Below are positions 45,749-56,788 of a stretch of DNA of 64,000 nucleotides, in pieces (within the stretch, counting starts at the first letter, position 1; the number at the start of each line of letters is the position of its first letter). The translations under genes and the position numbers were made by a program. This stretch comes from an uncultured Ectothiorhodospiraceae bacterium (GTDB lineage: Bacteria; Pseudomonadota; Gammaproteobacteria; UBA9214). The stretch covers positions 760-64,759 of the forward strand of contig CAMYIO010000013.1 of the NCBI GenBank assembly GCA_947258515.1, read 5' to 3'. Under the pieces are notes generated by a model. That model worked only from the letters and a program-made list of their open reading frames with translations. It ran no database searches and was not told the origin of the DNA.

Positions 45749-48061
45749 TCAGAAAAATGTTCCTACTGTAAACTGGAAGTTCTGCACATCATCGTCTTTA
45801 TCAGCATTCAGCGGATAACCCAGACTGACGGATATCGGGCCCAGCGGCGACAACCACAAGCCTGCAATACCCACACTGTACTTCAGGCCACTGGCGTCAA
45901 AGGTGTTATAGTCGCCGAACACGTTACCCACGTCAAAGAAGGCGCTCAGGCGTATGCCGTTGCTGGACTCCACAAAGGGTACAGGAAAGATGACTTCCGC
46001 GTTGAACACCGTCAGGACGGAGCCGCCGATGGGATCGCCGTCGGAGTCCCTGGGGCCCAGGGTATTGTCCTCGAAGCCACGCACCGAGCGCACGCCACCG
46101 GCAAAGTAGTTCTCGAAGAACGGCAGGTTGTCGAAGTCACCAAAGCCGTCACCGTAACCAATATTGCCTTTCAGTCCCAGCGTCAGATTCCGTGTCAGCG
46201 GAAAAAATCGCTGCTGTACATAATTCAACTTGTAGTACTGCAACCCGGAGCCGGGTGTGGTCGTTTCAAACGAGAGGGTCTGCAAGCCACCGGTATCGGT
46301 AAACAGGATCTTGTTACGCGAGTCATGGCTCCAGCTACCGATCAACACCATGTCATTAAAACTGTTGCCGTGCTTGTCAATAAAGTCGGTGACCTCCAGC
46401 GGAGAAGTGGCCGTTTCAAACAGGTCCAGTCCCTGGTAACCGACGCTGAAACGCACGGTATCGTATTCATTGATCGGGATGCCAAAATTTATATCGGCAC
46501 CGCGGGTATTCGTCGAGTAATCCGACAGGTTGGCTTCCGACGCATCTGTTTTCCGGTAGAAAGCACCAAAGCCGCGACTGACGCCATCGATCGTCCAGTA
46601 CGGATTGACGTATGAGAAACGGTAGAGCGTGTTGATCTTGCTGTTATCGAAGGCAAAACTTACCCGCTTGCCGGTACCCAGAAAATTATTCTGGCTGATA
46701 CTGGCGTTAAACAGCACACCTGACGACTGCGAGAAACCCAGACCGGCGGTGACACTGCCGGATGACCGCTCTGTTACCGTGTAGTCCACATCCAGCTGGT
46801 CCGTGGTACCGGGGACCGGCGGCGTTTCCACGTTGACGTTTTCAAAATAACCAAGTCGTTCCAGACGGGTACGGGAACGTTCAACCTGTTCCGCCGAGTA
46901 CCAGCCCCCTTCCAGTTGCCGCATTTCGCGTCGCAGCACCTCGTCACGGGTACCGATATTCCCTGCCAGGTTGATGCGACGCACGTAAACACGATCACCC
47001 GGGTCGACAAAGAAACCCAGCTCAACCTCGTAATTCTCATCATCCAGTTCCGGGGACGTATTGACATTGGCAAAGGCATAGCCCTGATTACCCAGCAGCG
47101 AACTGATTTCATCGACCGCCCCGGTCACCTTTTTACGCGAGAATACATCGCCGGGATTGATCCTGATCAGCGGGAATAACTCTTCTGCAGGCACCACCAG
47201 GTCACCCGATAGCGTGACCTTGCTGATGGTGTACTGCTCACCTTCGGTCAGATTGATGGTGATATAAATGTCCTGCTTGTCCGGCGTGATCGAGACCTGT
47301 GTTGAGTTGATATGAAACTTCAGGTAGCCACGATCAAGATAATAGGTGCGCAGGATCTCGAGATCTGCCGACAGTGCCTGCTTGGAATACTGGTCACTCT
47401 TGGTAAAGGTGGAAAATATGGTCGGTGTTGTCAGGGAAAATTCCTTGAGCAGATCCTTGTCGCTGAAGGTATGGTTGCCGATAAGATTGATCTGCTTGAT
47501 GCGCGCCACACGCCCCTCGGAAATATCGATCAGGATACCGACCCGGTTCCTGTCCAGCGGTGTGACCGTGGTTTTGATCTTGACCGCATACTTGCCACGG
47601 CTGAAGTACTGCCGGCTGAGTTCCTGTTCAACCTTTTCGAGCAATGAACGATCGAAAACCCGCCCTTCAGCCAGGCCGATCTGCTTCAGGCCTTCCAGTA
47701 GCTCCTCGGTATCCAGGTCCTTGTTGCCTTCAATCTCGATACTGCTGATCGCCGCACGCTCTTCGACGTAGACCACCAGTACATCACCGTCCCGTTCCAG
47801 GTAAACGTCGTTGAAGAAACCGGTCTTGAAGAGCGCCTTGACAGCCGCAACACTGTCATTGGTATCGATGCTTTGCCCGATCTTGACCGGCAGATAGTTA
47901 AACACGGTACCCGCCGTAATCCGTTGCAGGCCCTCGACGCGGATATCCTGCACCACGAAGGGTTCAAAGGCATGTGCTGCAGCGCTGAGCAAGCATGCCA
48001 GCAGCAGCATCTGGCAGAGACGGGTAAATTGTTTTAAATACAGATACATGGGCAGGTTCAT
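45749..48061 (-). CDS. bamA: outer membrane protein assembly factor BamA
   Basis: Five POTRA domains plus a C-terminal beta-barrel ending ...FQFTVGTFF. Confidence 0.95.
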   Translation of the reverse strand: MNLPMYLYLKQFTRLCQMLLLACLLSAAAHAFEPFVVQDIRVEGLQRITAGTVFNYLPVKIGQSIDTNDSVAAVKALFKTGFFNDVYLERDGDVLVVYVEERAAISSIEIEGNKDLDTEELLEGLKQIGLAEGRVFDRSLLEKVEQELSRQYFSRGKYAVKIKTTVTPLDRNRVGILIDISEGRVARIKQINLIGNHTFSDKDLLKEFSLTTPTIFSTFTKSDQYSKQALSADLEILRTYYLDRGYLKFHINSTQVSITPDKQDIYITINLTEGEQYTISKVTLSGDLVVPAEELFPLIRINPGDVFSRKKVTGAVDEISSLLGNQGYAFANVNTSPELDDENYEVELGFFVDPGDRVYVRRINLAGNIGTRDEVLRREMRQLEGGWYSAEQVERSRTRLERLGYFENVNVETPPVPGTTDQLDVDYTVTERSSGSVTAGLGFSQSSGVLFNASISQNNFLGTGKRVSFAFDNSKINTLYRFSYVNPYWTIDGVSRGFGAFYRKTDASEANLSDYSTNTRGADINFGIPINEYDTVRFSVGYQGLDLFETATSPLEVTDFIDKHGNSFNDMVLIGSWSHDSRNKILFTDTGGLQTLSFETTTPGSGLQYYKLNYVQQRFFPLTRNLTLGLKGNIGYGDGFGDFDNLPFFENYFAGGVRSVRGFEDNTLGPRDSDGDPIGGSVLTVFNAEVIFPVPFVESSNGIRLSAFFDVGNVFGDYNTFDASGLKYSVGIAGLWLSPLGPISVSLGYPLNADKDDDVQNFQFTVGTFF

Positions 48062-49422
48062 TCAAACAAACGCACGAGATCGTTGTAAAACGCAATCGAC
48101 ATCAACGCCAGCAGCAAGGCGATGCCAATCTTTTGCCCGACAAGCTGTGCCGTCTCGGAGAGCGGGCTTCCCTTCACTATTTCCACCAGATAAAACAGTA
48201 AATGCCCGCCATCGAGAATCGGCACCGGCAACAGGTTCAGTATCCCGAGACTGACACTGACAATACCCAGAAAGCCCAGAAACGTTGCCAGTCCAACAGA
48301 TGCAGACTGACCCGCGTACCTGGCAATACTGATGGGACCACTCAGGTTTTCTACCGAGGCCCTGCCGTTCACCATTTTCCAGAGAGTGCGCAGTGTCAGC
48401 GTCGTCACATCCCAGGTCTTGTAGAGCGCCTCCGGGACAGCCTCCAGCAGACCATAGCGCACAACGACGCGCATTGTAGCACGCTCCTGTTCACCCGGTA
48501 GCTGTACATAGGCACCGATTCGACCAATGCTGTTGCCGTTTTCCGACTCGCGATCCGGCGTAACGCTCAGTTCCACAAGCTTGCCCTGGCGCATCACCTG
48601 CGTGGTAATACGCTCACCCGGGCGCGCACGCACATACTCAACCCACTGTTCCCAGTTACTGATAGGGGTATCGTCGGCATGAACCACTTTATCACCGGGC
48701 AGTATGCCGGCACGTTCGCCAGCACCCCCCTCGACCAGCCGTTCGATCACCGCCGGCGGCCGCCACGGTCCCAGACCAAAATTATCGAGTACCCCGCCCT
48801 TTTTCAGTAATGCATCAGGTGACCCGAAGAACGCCTGCAGGTAACGTTTATTACCCGCAGAATCCACGACCCTCAGGTTGACGATATTCTTGCCATCGAG
48901 GTTGGCAGTGAGTAACGCCATGATGGCTGTTTCCCAGGTCGGTGTTGGCTGGTTTTCTATGGACAGGATTTCGTCGCCTGCGCGGATCCCGGCGGCTGCC
49001 GCATAGGAGTATGGCAGTACCTCACCGACAACAGGCTTCAGCCCGGTTACACCTGAAACAAACATGATCCAGTAGGCAAGAATTGCAAATAAAAAATTAG
49101 CGGCCGGCCCGGCGACGACCACGGCGATTCGTGTCGACACCGGCTGGCGATTGAATGCGCGCTCCAGTTCCTCCTCCGCAACCTCGCCTTCACGCTCATC
49201 CAGCATCTTCACATAACCGCCCAGGGGGATGGCGGCAACCACCAGTTCCGTCGCGTCCTTGCCAAAGTTGCGCGTCCACAAAGGCTTGCCAAAACCGATA
49301 GAGAAGCGCAGCACCTTGACCCCGAGACGGCGTGCAACCCAGAAATGGCCATACTCGTGCACCGTCACCAGCACGCCGATGACGACAATAAACGACACCA
49401 GGGAGTAGAAAAAACCACCCAT
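48058..49422 (-). CDS. rseP: RIP zinc metalloprotease RseP
   Basis: HEYGHFWVAR zinc motif, PDZ domains and LDG motif. Start taken at [11 protein letters not shown]. Confidence 0.9.
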   Translation of the reverse strand: MGGFFYSLVSFIVVIGVLVTVHEYGHFWVARRLGVKVLRFSIGFGKPLWTRNFGKDATELVVAAIPLGGYVKMLDEREGEVAEEELERAFNRQPVSTRIAVVVAGPAANFLFAILAYWIMFVSGVTGLKPVVGEVLPYSYAAAAGIRAGDEILSIENQPTPTWETAIMALLTANLDGKNIVNLRVVDSAGNKRYLQAFFGSPDALLKKGGVLDNFGLGPWRPPAVIERLVEGGAGERAGILPGDKVVHADDTPISNWEQWVEYVRARPGERITTQVMRQGKLVELSVTPDRESENGNSIGRIGAYVQLPGEQERATMRVVVRYGLLEAVPEALYKTWDVTTLTLRTLWKMVNGRASVENLSGPISIARYAGQSASVGLATFLGFLGIVSVSLGILNLLPVPILDGGHLLFYLVEIVKGSPLSETAQLVGQKIGIALLLALMSIAFYNDLVRLFE

Positions 49423-50627
49423 TACGCGGTTACCGCCTGCCCCGAGCCGATACACTCAAACGCTGCCGCGCGTGCGGCAGCATCGTCGGCGAGGATGGTC
49501 TGCAGTGAATCCACGCCATGCACGGCACACTGTTCCAGCGTCAGTCTGATCACCGCGTGTATCGCGGTAAAGGCAATGCGTTGCTGCAGAAATGCCTGCA
49601 CGGCCACTTCATTGGCGGCGTTCAATATGGCCGGCGCCGTGCCACCGGTCTGCCAGGCGGCCGTCGCCAGCGCCAGGCAGGGATAGCGGCCACTGTCCGG
49701 TGACTCGAATTGCAGCTTGCCCACTGCCAGCAGATCCAGTCGCCCGGCCCCGGAGTCGATACGCTGCGGCCATCCCAGCGCATGACTGATCGGTATGCGC
49801 ATGTCAGGATTCCCCATCTGCGCCAGCATCGAACCGTCGTCATATTCCACCAGCGAGTGGATGATCGACTGCGGGTGCAACAGCACCTCGATCTGCTCCA
49901 TTGGCAGTCCGAATAACCAGCCGGCCTCGATCACCTCGAGGCCCTTGTTCATCATGGTGGCCGAGTCCACGGAGATCTTGCGCCCCATTACCCAGTTGGG
50001 GTGTGCGCAGGCCTGTTCCGGCGTAACCCCGGCGAGCTTGTTCACGGGCAGGGTCCGGAACGGGCCACCCGAGGCCGTCAGCATGATCCTTCGCACGCCC
50101 CGCGGCGCTGCACCCGGACGGTAGTCATCCGGCAGACATTGCAGGATGGCATTGTGCTCACTGTCAACGGGTAACAGCGTGGCGCCGTGTTCCTGCACTG
50201 CCTGCATGAACAGGCTGCCGGACATCACCAGCGCTTCCTTGTTGGCCAGCAATACCCGCTTGCCGGCACGCGCGGCTGCAAGCGATGGCAGCAATCCGGC
50301 CGCACCGACGATGCCGGCCATCACAAAATCGACTGCGTCCATGCCGGCCACCGTGACCAGACCATCAGGGCCGGACAGTACCTCTACGTCCGGCGCCAAT
50401 GCATGCAACTCTTTTTGCAGGCGCGTTGCCGCATCCGTATCCGCCATGACCGCGTATTGCGGCTGAAAGCGAACACACTGTTCAGCCAGCTTCTCCACAC
50501 GCGAATTCGCCGTCAGGGCGATGACCCGGAAGCGCTCCGGGTGACGCGCAATCACGTCGAGGGTGCTGACGCCGATCGAGCCGGTCGATCCCAGCAGCGT
50601 GACACCCGCAGGGTGAAGTGCACTCAT
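49422..50627 (-). CDS. dxr: 1-deoxy-D-xylulose 5-phosphate reductoisomerase
   Basis: Start at [19 protein letters not shown] (NADPH motif). Confidence 0.93.
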   Translation of the reverse strand: MSALHPAGVTLLGSTGSIGVSTLDVIARHPERFRVIALTANSRVEKLAEQCVRFQPQYAVMADTDAATRLQKELHALAPDVEVLSGPDGLVTVAGMDAVDFVMAGIVGAAGLLPSLAAARAGKRVLLANKEALVMSGSLFMQAVQEHGATLLPVDSEHNAILQCLPDDYRPGAAPRGVRRIMLTASGGPFRTLPVNKLAGVTPEQACAHPNWVMGRKISVDSATMMNKGLEVIEAGWLFGLPMEQIEVLLHPQSIIHSLVEYDDGSMLAQMGNPDMRIPISHALGWPQRIDSGAGRLDLLAVGKLQFESPDSGRYPCLALATAAWQTGGTAPAILNAANEVAVQAFLQQRIAFTAIHAVIRLTLEQCAVHGVDSLQTILADDAAARAAAFECIGSGQAVTA

Positions 50628-50661
50628 GATTTGCGTCCTTGCCGGGCAGCCCTGTGCAACA

Positions 50662-51480
50662 TCATAAAGACAGCCACAGAAAACCGGTGAGAAACACGGG
50701 TGCCGCCGCAACCAGGCTGTCGATGCGATCAAAAACCCCGCCGTGACCCGGAATGATATGGCCGCTGTCCTTGATGCCACTCTGACGCTTCATAAGACTT
50801 TCAAGCAGATCACCGGCCACTGAAAACATCACCGTCAGCAGCGCGACCATCATGAACATCAGCGTCCAGTGCAGCGAATGACTGAAAAACCAGCCGGCGA
50901 TTGCGGCAAACAACAGGCTCGAGAGCAAGCCGCCGTAGACACCCTCCCAGGTTTTACCGGGACTGACCGCCGGAGCCAGTTTCCTGTGACCCCACTGACG
51001 TCCCGCAAAATATGCACCGATATCCGCCAGCCATACCAGCACCAGCAGCATCAGCGTCAAAATCGGTCCGCGCTCGCCGTTCGCGTGCAGGGTACTCAAT
51101 GCCGCCCATGCCGGCAGGATCACCAGTACACCGGCCAGCATCTTCAGGCTGCTGTTCAGCAACGAGGCTTGCGCGAGGAATGCAGGTTGCGACAACCACA
51201 ACAATGCACACAACCACCACACGAAGGCCACCAGCAACAGCGGCTTGATGAATGCTTCAAGACCTGACCGCCACAGCAACCACATCAACACAGCAAGCGC
51301 GCAGGTGTAAATGATCCGGGCAACGATCGTCCCCAGCGGAATCAGGTGGGTCCATTCCCAGGCGCCTGCCAGCAGGATGGCTCCGAGGATCGCCGAGAAC
51401 ACGGGATTATCCAGATACAGCACCCCGTAGATAACCAGTGGCAGCATAACGAGCGCGGAAATAATGCGCAGCTTAAGCAC
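50662..51480 (-). CDS. cdsA: phosphatidate cytidylyltransferase
   Basis: CdsA signature SxxKRxxGIKDxGxxIPGHGGxxDRxDS. GTG start overlapping the uppS stop. Confidence 0.85.
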   Translation of the reverse strand: MLKLRIISALVMLPLVIYGVLYLDNPVFSAILGAILLAGAWEWTHLIPLGTIVARIIYTCALAVLMWLLWRSGLEAFIKPLLLVAFVWWLCALLWLSQPAFLAQASLLNSSLKMLAGVLVILPAWAALSTLHANGERGPILTLMLLVLVWLADIGAYFAGRQWGHRKLAPAVSPGKTWEGVYGGLLSSLLFAAIAGWFFSHSLHWTLMFMMVALLTVMFSVAGDLLESLMKRQSGIKDSGHIIPGHGGVFDRIDSLVAAAPVFLTGFLWLSL

Positions 51481-52222
51481 CTTTTTGCTGCTCCACCTGT
51501 TCGCCGGTACGACCGAAACGGCGCTGCCTGTTTGCATACCATAGCAGGGCCGCATCCAGTTCCTTTGCATTAAAGGCCGGCCACAGCACGTCGGTAAAAT
51601 ACAGTTCGGTATACGCCAGCTGCCAGAGCATGAAGTTACTGATGCGGCGCTCACCGCCGGTGCGTATAAACAGGTCAGGCGGCGGCAATTCAGACAGGGC
51701 CACCTCGGCGGCAATGATATCCGGACTGATGTCCTGCGGTGAGAGTTCACCTGCCTGTACACGTGTGGCAATCGTCCTGACGGCCTGGCTGATGTCCCAC
51801 TGCCCGCCATAGTTGGCCGCAATCACCAGCTGCAGCCGGGAATTATCACGGGTTTCATGCTCCGCCTCTGCAATCAGGTAGCGAAGCTTCTCTGAAAACG
51901 CGTCGCGATCACCAATGAAGCGTACCCGCACACCGTTCCTGTTGAGCGAGGCCACTTCCTTTTTTAGGGTCTGCACGAACAGGTCCATGATCAGGCCGAC
52001 CTCCTCGCTGGGACGTCGCCAGTTTTCACTACTGAACGCAAACAGTGTCAACACCTCTATGTGCCTGTCGATGCAGTCCTCAACCACCCGGCGAACCGAC
52101 TTCACCCCTTCACGATGCCCCACATAACGCGGCAGCAGTCGTGCACGTGCCCAGCGGCCGTTACCATCCATGATGATGGCAATATGCCGCGGCAAACTGT
52201 CTGTCACGCTGTCAGGTGCCAT
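51473..52222 (-). CDS. uppS: di-trans,poly-cis-undecaprenyl-diphosphate synthase
   Basis: HIAIIMDGNGRWA motif. Confidence 0.95.
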   Translation of the reverse strand: MAPDSVTDSLPRHIAIIMDGNGRWARARLLPRYVGHREGVKSVRRVVEDCIDRHIEVLTLFAFSSENWRRPSEEVGLIMDLFVQTLKKEVASLNRNGVRVRFIGDRDAFSEKLRYLIAEAEHETRDNSRLQLVIAANYGGQWDISQAVRTIATRVQAGELSPQDISPDIIAAEVALSELPPPDLFIRTGGERRISNFMLWQLAYTELYFTDVLWPAFNAKELDAALLWYANRQRRFGRTGEQVEQQKGA

Positions 52223-52239
52223 CGCTGCAAACCCGGCGT

Positions 52240-52407
52240 CTAGGAGCCTGTCGGACTTAGGAACAATCTACTGCGCTGACGGGAGAGCGGCTCAAATGCC
52301 CCCAATTTATCGTTACGTAGACCCACTATGCGCCTCAAAATTGTGACCATTTGTTCTCGCTCTCCCATCATGCTCGCTACGATTGCCCAAGTCAGACAGG
52401 CTCCTAG
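52240..52407. repeat. TAGGAGCC MITE-like element, copy B (about 168 bp, full length with terminal inverted repeats) between uppS and frr
   Basis: TIRs CTAGGAGCCTGTCGGACTT / AAGTCAGACAGGCTCCTAG. Internal GGGAGAGCG/CGCTCTCCC pair. The right TIR supplies the frr stop codon. Confidence 0.75.
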
Positions 52408-52964
52408 ATTTCCATGAGTTCGGTTTCTTTGGCTTCGAGCACTTTATCAACCCCCGCAACATGCGAGTCCGTCAGCTTCTGGATAGCTTCCTGGGCCTTG
52501 CGCTCGTCGTCTTCGGATATCTCCTTTCCCTTCAGCAGTTCCTTGAAATCACTGTTCGCATCGCGCCTGATATTGCGTATCGCCACCTTGGACGCCTCGC
52601 CGTCATGACGCACGACCTTTACCAGTTCACGGCGGGTCTCTTCGGTCAACGGCGGCATGGGAATGCGGATGACGGTGCCGGCCGTCGCGGGGTTCAGGCC
52701 CAGGTCGGATTTCAGAATGGACTTTTCGATGGGCTGTACCATGGTTTTCTCCCACGGTGTCACAATCAGGGTGCGCGCATCCTCAACACCGATGTTGGCG
52801 ACCTGCGAGATGGGTACACTGGATCCGTAGTAATCGACAAGCAGGTGGTCCAGCAGACTCGGGTGCGCACGGCCGGTACGCACCTTGGTGAGTGTCTGCT
52901 TGAACGCCTCGATGCTCTTGTCCATGCGCACACCGGCATCCTTCAGTATTTCATCTATCATCAA
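52404..52964 (-). CDS. frr: ribosome recycling factor
   Basis: Full-length RRF. Confidence 0.96.
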   Translation of the reverse strand: MMIDEILKDAGVRMDKSIEAFKQTLTKVRTGRAHPSLLDHLLVDYYGSSVPISQVANIGVEDARTLIVTPWEKTMVQPIEKSILKSDLGLNPATAGTVIRIPMPPLTEETRRELVKVVRHDGEASKVAIRNIRRDANSDFKELLKGKEISEDDERKAQEAIQKLTDSHVAGVDKVLEAKETELMEI

Positions 52965-53678
52965 TCAGTTCTCCTGCTGGACCAGTGTTCCAACATCCTG
53001 TCCATCAACGATCCGGCCGAGGTGGCCGGCTTCAAAAACGTTAAACACACGCAACGGCATGGCATGTTCGCTGCACAGCACCAGTGCCGTCGCATCCATG
53101 ACACCGAGTTTCTGTGCCAGCGCAGCGTCATAACTGATGCGCTGGTACAGTGTCGCATCAGGATGCGTGACCGGATCGGCGCTGTATACGCCATCAACCT
53201 TGGTCGCCTTCAACATGATATCCGCACCGATTTCTATCGCCCGCAAACTGGCTGCAGAGTCCGTGGTAAAGAAAGGATTACCGGTGCCTGCGGCAAAGAT
53301 GACAACCCGGCCCGCCTGCAGATGCCGAATCGCCTCGCGTGTCGTATATGACTCGCAAACCTGGTTCATGGCCAGGGCCGACATCACGCGACAGGGCGTG
53401 CCGGCGTTTTCCAGCGCATCCTGCATGGCCAGTGCATTAATGACCGTCGCAAGCATCCCCATGTGATCGCCACTGACACGGTTCATGCCCTGCGCGGCAA
53501 GGCCGGCTCCACGGAGAATATTACCACCACCGATGACCAGCCCCAGTTGCACCCCCCGGCTGACCACCGCGTGAATCTCCTCTGCCAGTCGCTGAATGAC
53601 CTGCCGGTCTATCCCGTGGCGGCCCTGGCCCATCAGTGCCTCACCACTAAGCTTCAGCAACAACCGTTTATACATCAT
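52965..53678 (-). CDS. pyrH: UMP kinase
   Basis: Full-length PyrH. Confidence 0.96.
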   Translation of the reverse strand: MMYKRLLLKLSGEALMGQGRHGIDRQVIQRLAEEIHAVVSRGVQLGLVIGGGNILRGAGLAAQGMNRVSGDHMGMLATVINALAMQDALENAGTPCRVMSALAMNQVCESYTTREAIRHLQAGRVVIFAAGTGNPFFTTDSAASLRAIEIGADIMLKATKVDGVYSADPVTHPDATLYQRISYDAALAQKLGVMDATALVLCSEHAMPLRVFNVFEAGHLGRIVDGQDVGTLVQQEN

Positions 53679-53755
53679 TAATATTCCTTGTATTTCAGTA
53701 CATTACAGTCAATACATGCAGACCACATCCGCCCAGCATTGTCCAACTTTTTTCC

Positions 53756-53788
53756 CGGGATTGCCATAAAAAAACGGGGTCGAAAATC
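53756..53788 (-). terminator. intrinsic terminator downstream of tsf (GGGGTCGA-TTTT-TCGACCCC + U-run)
   Basis: Perfect 8-bp GC-rich stem followed by TTTTTTT on the minus strand, ~60 nt after the tsf stop. Confidence 0.8.
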
Positions 53789-53851
53789 GACCCCGTCCTG
53801 TACATACACGTCTGTGGCATGGTCAATAACTGCAATTGAACCAGTCCGGGA

Positions 53852-54742
53852 TCAACCACCCTTGACCTGCGCCATCACCTCGTCCGCAAAGTTCTCGTTC
53901 TTCTTCTCGATACCCTCACCGAGTTCGATACGCTCGAAGCGTACCACGCTCGCACCGGCCTGCTGCAACAGTTTGCCAACGGTCTGGTCCGGGTCCTTGA
54001 CGAAAGACTGACCCAGCAGGGTAATCTCGCTCAGGTACTTGCGGATTCTGCCAGTGATCATTTTTTCAATGATGTCATCCGGTTTGCCGCTTTCGCGCGC
54101 CTGGGCCGTGAAAATATCACGCTCCGTAGCAATCATTTCCGCCGGCACCTGCTCCTCGGAAACACACACCGGTCGTGGATCATGCGCGGCAATATGCATC
54201 GCCAGGTCGCGCCCCAGTGATTCATCAGCACCGGCAATATCCACCAGTACGCCAATGCGCACGCCGTGACGGTAACTGGCGATGGGATTGTCACTGGCAA
54301 TGCGGATAAAGCGTCGCACGGTAATATTCTCGCCGATGGCCGCGATCAGTGCCTTGCGGGCATCCTCGACCGTGGTGGCATCACCCTCCCTGAGCGGCAT
54401 CGCCAGGAGAGCATCCAGGTCTGCCGGATCATCCAGCAGGACTCGTTTTGCAATGGCCGCGGCAAAGTCCTGGAAATCGTCCTTCTTGGCAACGAAATCG
54501 GTTTCGCAATTGACCTCGACGAGGGCGGCCGTCATGTTGTCATCAGCCACCTCGATAACGACGAGCCCCTCGGCAGCAACACGCGCCGCCTTCTTGTCCG
54601 CCTTGGCAAGTCCTGTCTTGCGCAATGCATCGATCGCCGCATCCATATCACCATCGGCATCGACCAGTGCCTTTTTACATTCCATCATGCCGGAACCGGT
54701 ACGTTCGCGCAGCTCTTTTACCTGCGCAGCTGTAATAGCCAT
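53852..54742 (-). CDS. tsf: elongation factor Ts
   Basis: Full-length EF-Ts. Confidence 0.96.
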   Translation of the reverse strand: MAITAAQVKELRERTGSGMMECKKALVDADGDMDAAIDALRKTGLAKADKKAARVAAEGLVVIEVADDNMTAALVEVNCETDFVAKKDDFQDFAAAIAKRVLLDDPADLDALLAMPLREGDATTVEDARKALIAAIGENITVRRFIRIASDNPIASYRHGVRIGVLVDIAGADESLGRDLAMHIAAHDPRPVCVSEEQVPAEMIATERDIFTAQARESGKPDDIIEKMITGRIRKYLSEITLLGQSFVKDPDQTVGKLLQQAGASVVRFERIELGEGIEKKNENFADEVMAQVKGG

Positions 54743-54808
54743 ATCTGTATCCTCGTGTATATTTTCGCCCGCACTACTTGCTGTCGAGAAGAAGTTGCAG
54801 CAGGCAGG

Positions 54809-55765
54809 TTATGATTCCTTGCCTGCCTCTTCATCCGTTGCGGTCTCTGCAGAATCCGGCGCGGGTGATTCTGCCACTGCCTCTTCAACAGCAGCCTCTT
54901 TCGGGGCGGCCTCTTCCGGGGCGCTCTCTTCCGGGGCGGCCTCCTTGGCAGGCGCCTTCTTTTTCACGGTCACTTTGCTTGCAGTTTTCTTCTTCGCTGC
55001 CGCCTTTTTCCTTGCGGGCCGGGTAGCACCGGTTTCGTCAAGCTCAATGAATTCATCTGAGGATTCAGCAACCGCGTGTGCGACGCTCAGCCTGCCTGTA
55101 TCAATGGCATTGGCAGCCGCCTCGACATACAGTTTGATTGAGCGAATGGCATCGTCATTACCTGGAATGACGTAGTCGATACCTTCAATGGAGTTATTGG
55201 TGTCGACGATACCGACAACGGATATACCCAGTTTCCTGGCTTCGCTGATTGCTATCTTTTCATGACCGACATCGACGACAAACATGACTTCCGGAATGCC
55301 GCGCATGTTCTTGATGCCACCAAGACTGCGTTCCAGTTTGTCCATCTCGCGCTTCAGCATGAGGGCTTCTTTCTTGCTGATTTTCTCGAATGTACCGTCT
55401 TCAGACATGGTTTCCAGGTCTTTCAGACGCTTGATCGATGCACGTACGGTCTTGTAGTTGGTTAACATACCGCCAAGCCAGCGGTGGTTCACGTACGGCA
55501 TGCCGCAGCGCGTTGCATTCTCCATGATAATCTGCTGCGCGGATCGCTTGGTACCGACAAACAACACGGTACGTCCATTGGCAACCAGGCTGCTGAGGTA
55601 GTTCATGGCTTCATCGAAGAGCGGCAGCGTCTTCTCAAGGTTGATAATGTGGATCTTGCCGCGTTCACCGAAGATATAGGGGGCCATCTTCGGGTTCCAG
55701 TAACGGGTCTGGTGGCCAAAATGCACGCCAGCTTCCAGCATCTGGCGCATGGTGACGTCTGTCAT
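54809..55765 (-). CDS. rpsB: 30S ribosomal protein S2 with ~75-aa Ala/Glu/Lys/Pro-rich C-terminal extension
   Basis: Start at [27 protein letters not shown]. The upstream in-frame ORF extension is non-homologous. Confidence 0.93.
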   Translation of the reverse strand: MTDVTMRQMLEAGVHFGHQTRYWNPKMAPYIFGERGKIHIINLEKTLPLFDEAMNYLSSLVANGRTVLFVGTKRSAQQIIMENATRCGMPYVNHRWLGGMLTNYKTVRASIKRLKDLETMSEDGTFEKISKKEALMLKREMDKLERSLGGIKNMRGIPEVMFVVDVGHEKIAISEARKLGISVVGIVDTNNSIEGIDYVIPGNDDAIRSIKLYVEAAANAIDTGRLSVAHAVAESSDEFIELDETGATRPARKKAAAKKKTASKVTVKKKAPAKEAAPEESAPEEAAPKEAAVEEAVAESPAPDSAETATDEEAGKES

Positions 55766-56020
55766 GTGTATTACTCCAATGTTCAGGGTTAGGCTTCCAT
55801 GTACCCCAAAACAACAACCCGGTTGCCTGCGTGGTAATGACCTGCAGTCAACCAGGCACCCTGCTGCGTGTGCCGGTACATGTGTGAATTTTGCCAAGCG
55901 CAAATATTTGAAGTGCACTTAACAAGCCCGCCTTTATACCATACACTCCCTGCTCCGACAATCTGGCGGACGTCGCCACGGCTTGTACAGCTGCGCCCTC
56001 CTTGAGAATCAGGACCTTAG

Positions 56021-56788
56021 ATGCCAGTCACCATAAAAACACCCGACGAGATCGAGAAAATGCGCATTGCCGGGCGGCTTGCAGGTGAAGTCCTGCAGAT
56101 GATCCGGCCGCATGTCCAGGCCGGCATCAGCACCAGCGAACTGGACCGCATCTGTCACGATTATATTGTCAATGAGCAACAGGCGATCCCCGCACCGCTC
56201 GATTACCGCGGTTTTCCGAAGTCGATATGCACCTCGGTCAACCATGTTATCTGCCACGGCATTCCGGGCGACAAGGTGCTGAAGAAAGGCGATCTTGTGA
56301 ACATCGACATCACCGTCATCAAGGACGGTTTTCACGGCGACACCAGCAAGATGTTTTTTGTTGGCGAAGCAAGCGTGGCCGGTGCACGACTGGCCCGCAT
56401 CAGCCATGAATGCATGAAGATTGGCATTGACCTGGTCAAGCCCGGTACCCGACTCGGCGATATCGGCCACGCCATCCAGCAGCATGCCGAAGCACACCAT
56501 TGCTCCATCGTGCGCGAATATTGCGGCCACGGTATCGGCCGTGAATTTCATGAGGACCCGCAAGTGCTGCACTATGGTAAAGCAGGCACCGGCATGGCAC
56601 TGGAACCCGGCATGACCTTCACCATTGAACCCATGGTCAATGCCGGCAAGCGCTACACCAAACTGCTTCCCGATGGCTGGACCGTCGTCACCAAGGACCA
56701 CAGTCTGTCGGCACAATGGGAGCACACCATCCTGGTCACGGACAGCGGCCACGAGGTGCTCACCTGCCTGCCCGGCGATGACATCTAG
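56021..56788 (+). CDS. map: type I methionine aminopeptidase
   Basis: Metal ligands in conserved blocks. Divergent from rpsB as in E. coli. Confidence 0.95.
   Translation: MPVTIKTPDEIEKMRIAGRLAGEVLQMIRPHVQAGISTSELDRICHDYIVNEQQAIPAPLDYRGFPKSICTSVNHVICHGIPGDKVLKKGDLVNIDITVIKDGFHGDTSKMFFVGEASVAGARLARISHECMKIGIDLVKPGTRLGDIGHAIQQHAEAHHCSIVREYCGHGIGREFHEDPQVLHYGKAGTGMALEPGMTFTIEPMVNAGKRYTKLLPDGWTVVTKDHSLSAQWEHTILVTDSGHEVLTCLPGDDI

Noticed and set aside
54809-55918. 369-aa version of rpsB starting at 55918
   Set aside because: The first 51 residues ([10 protein letters not shown]...) have no S2 homology and cover the divergent promoter. The start is assigned to MTDVTMRQ at 55765.
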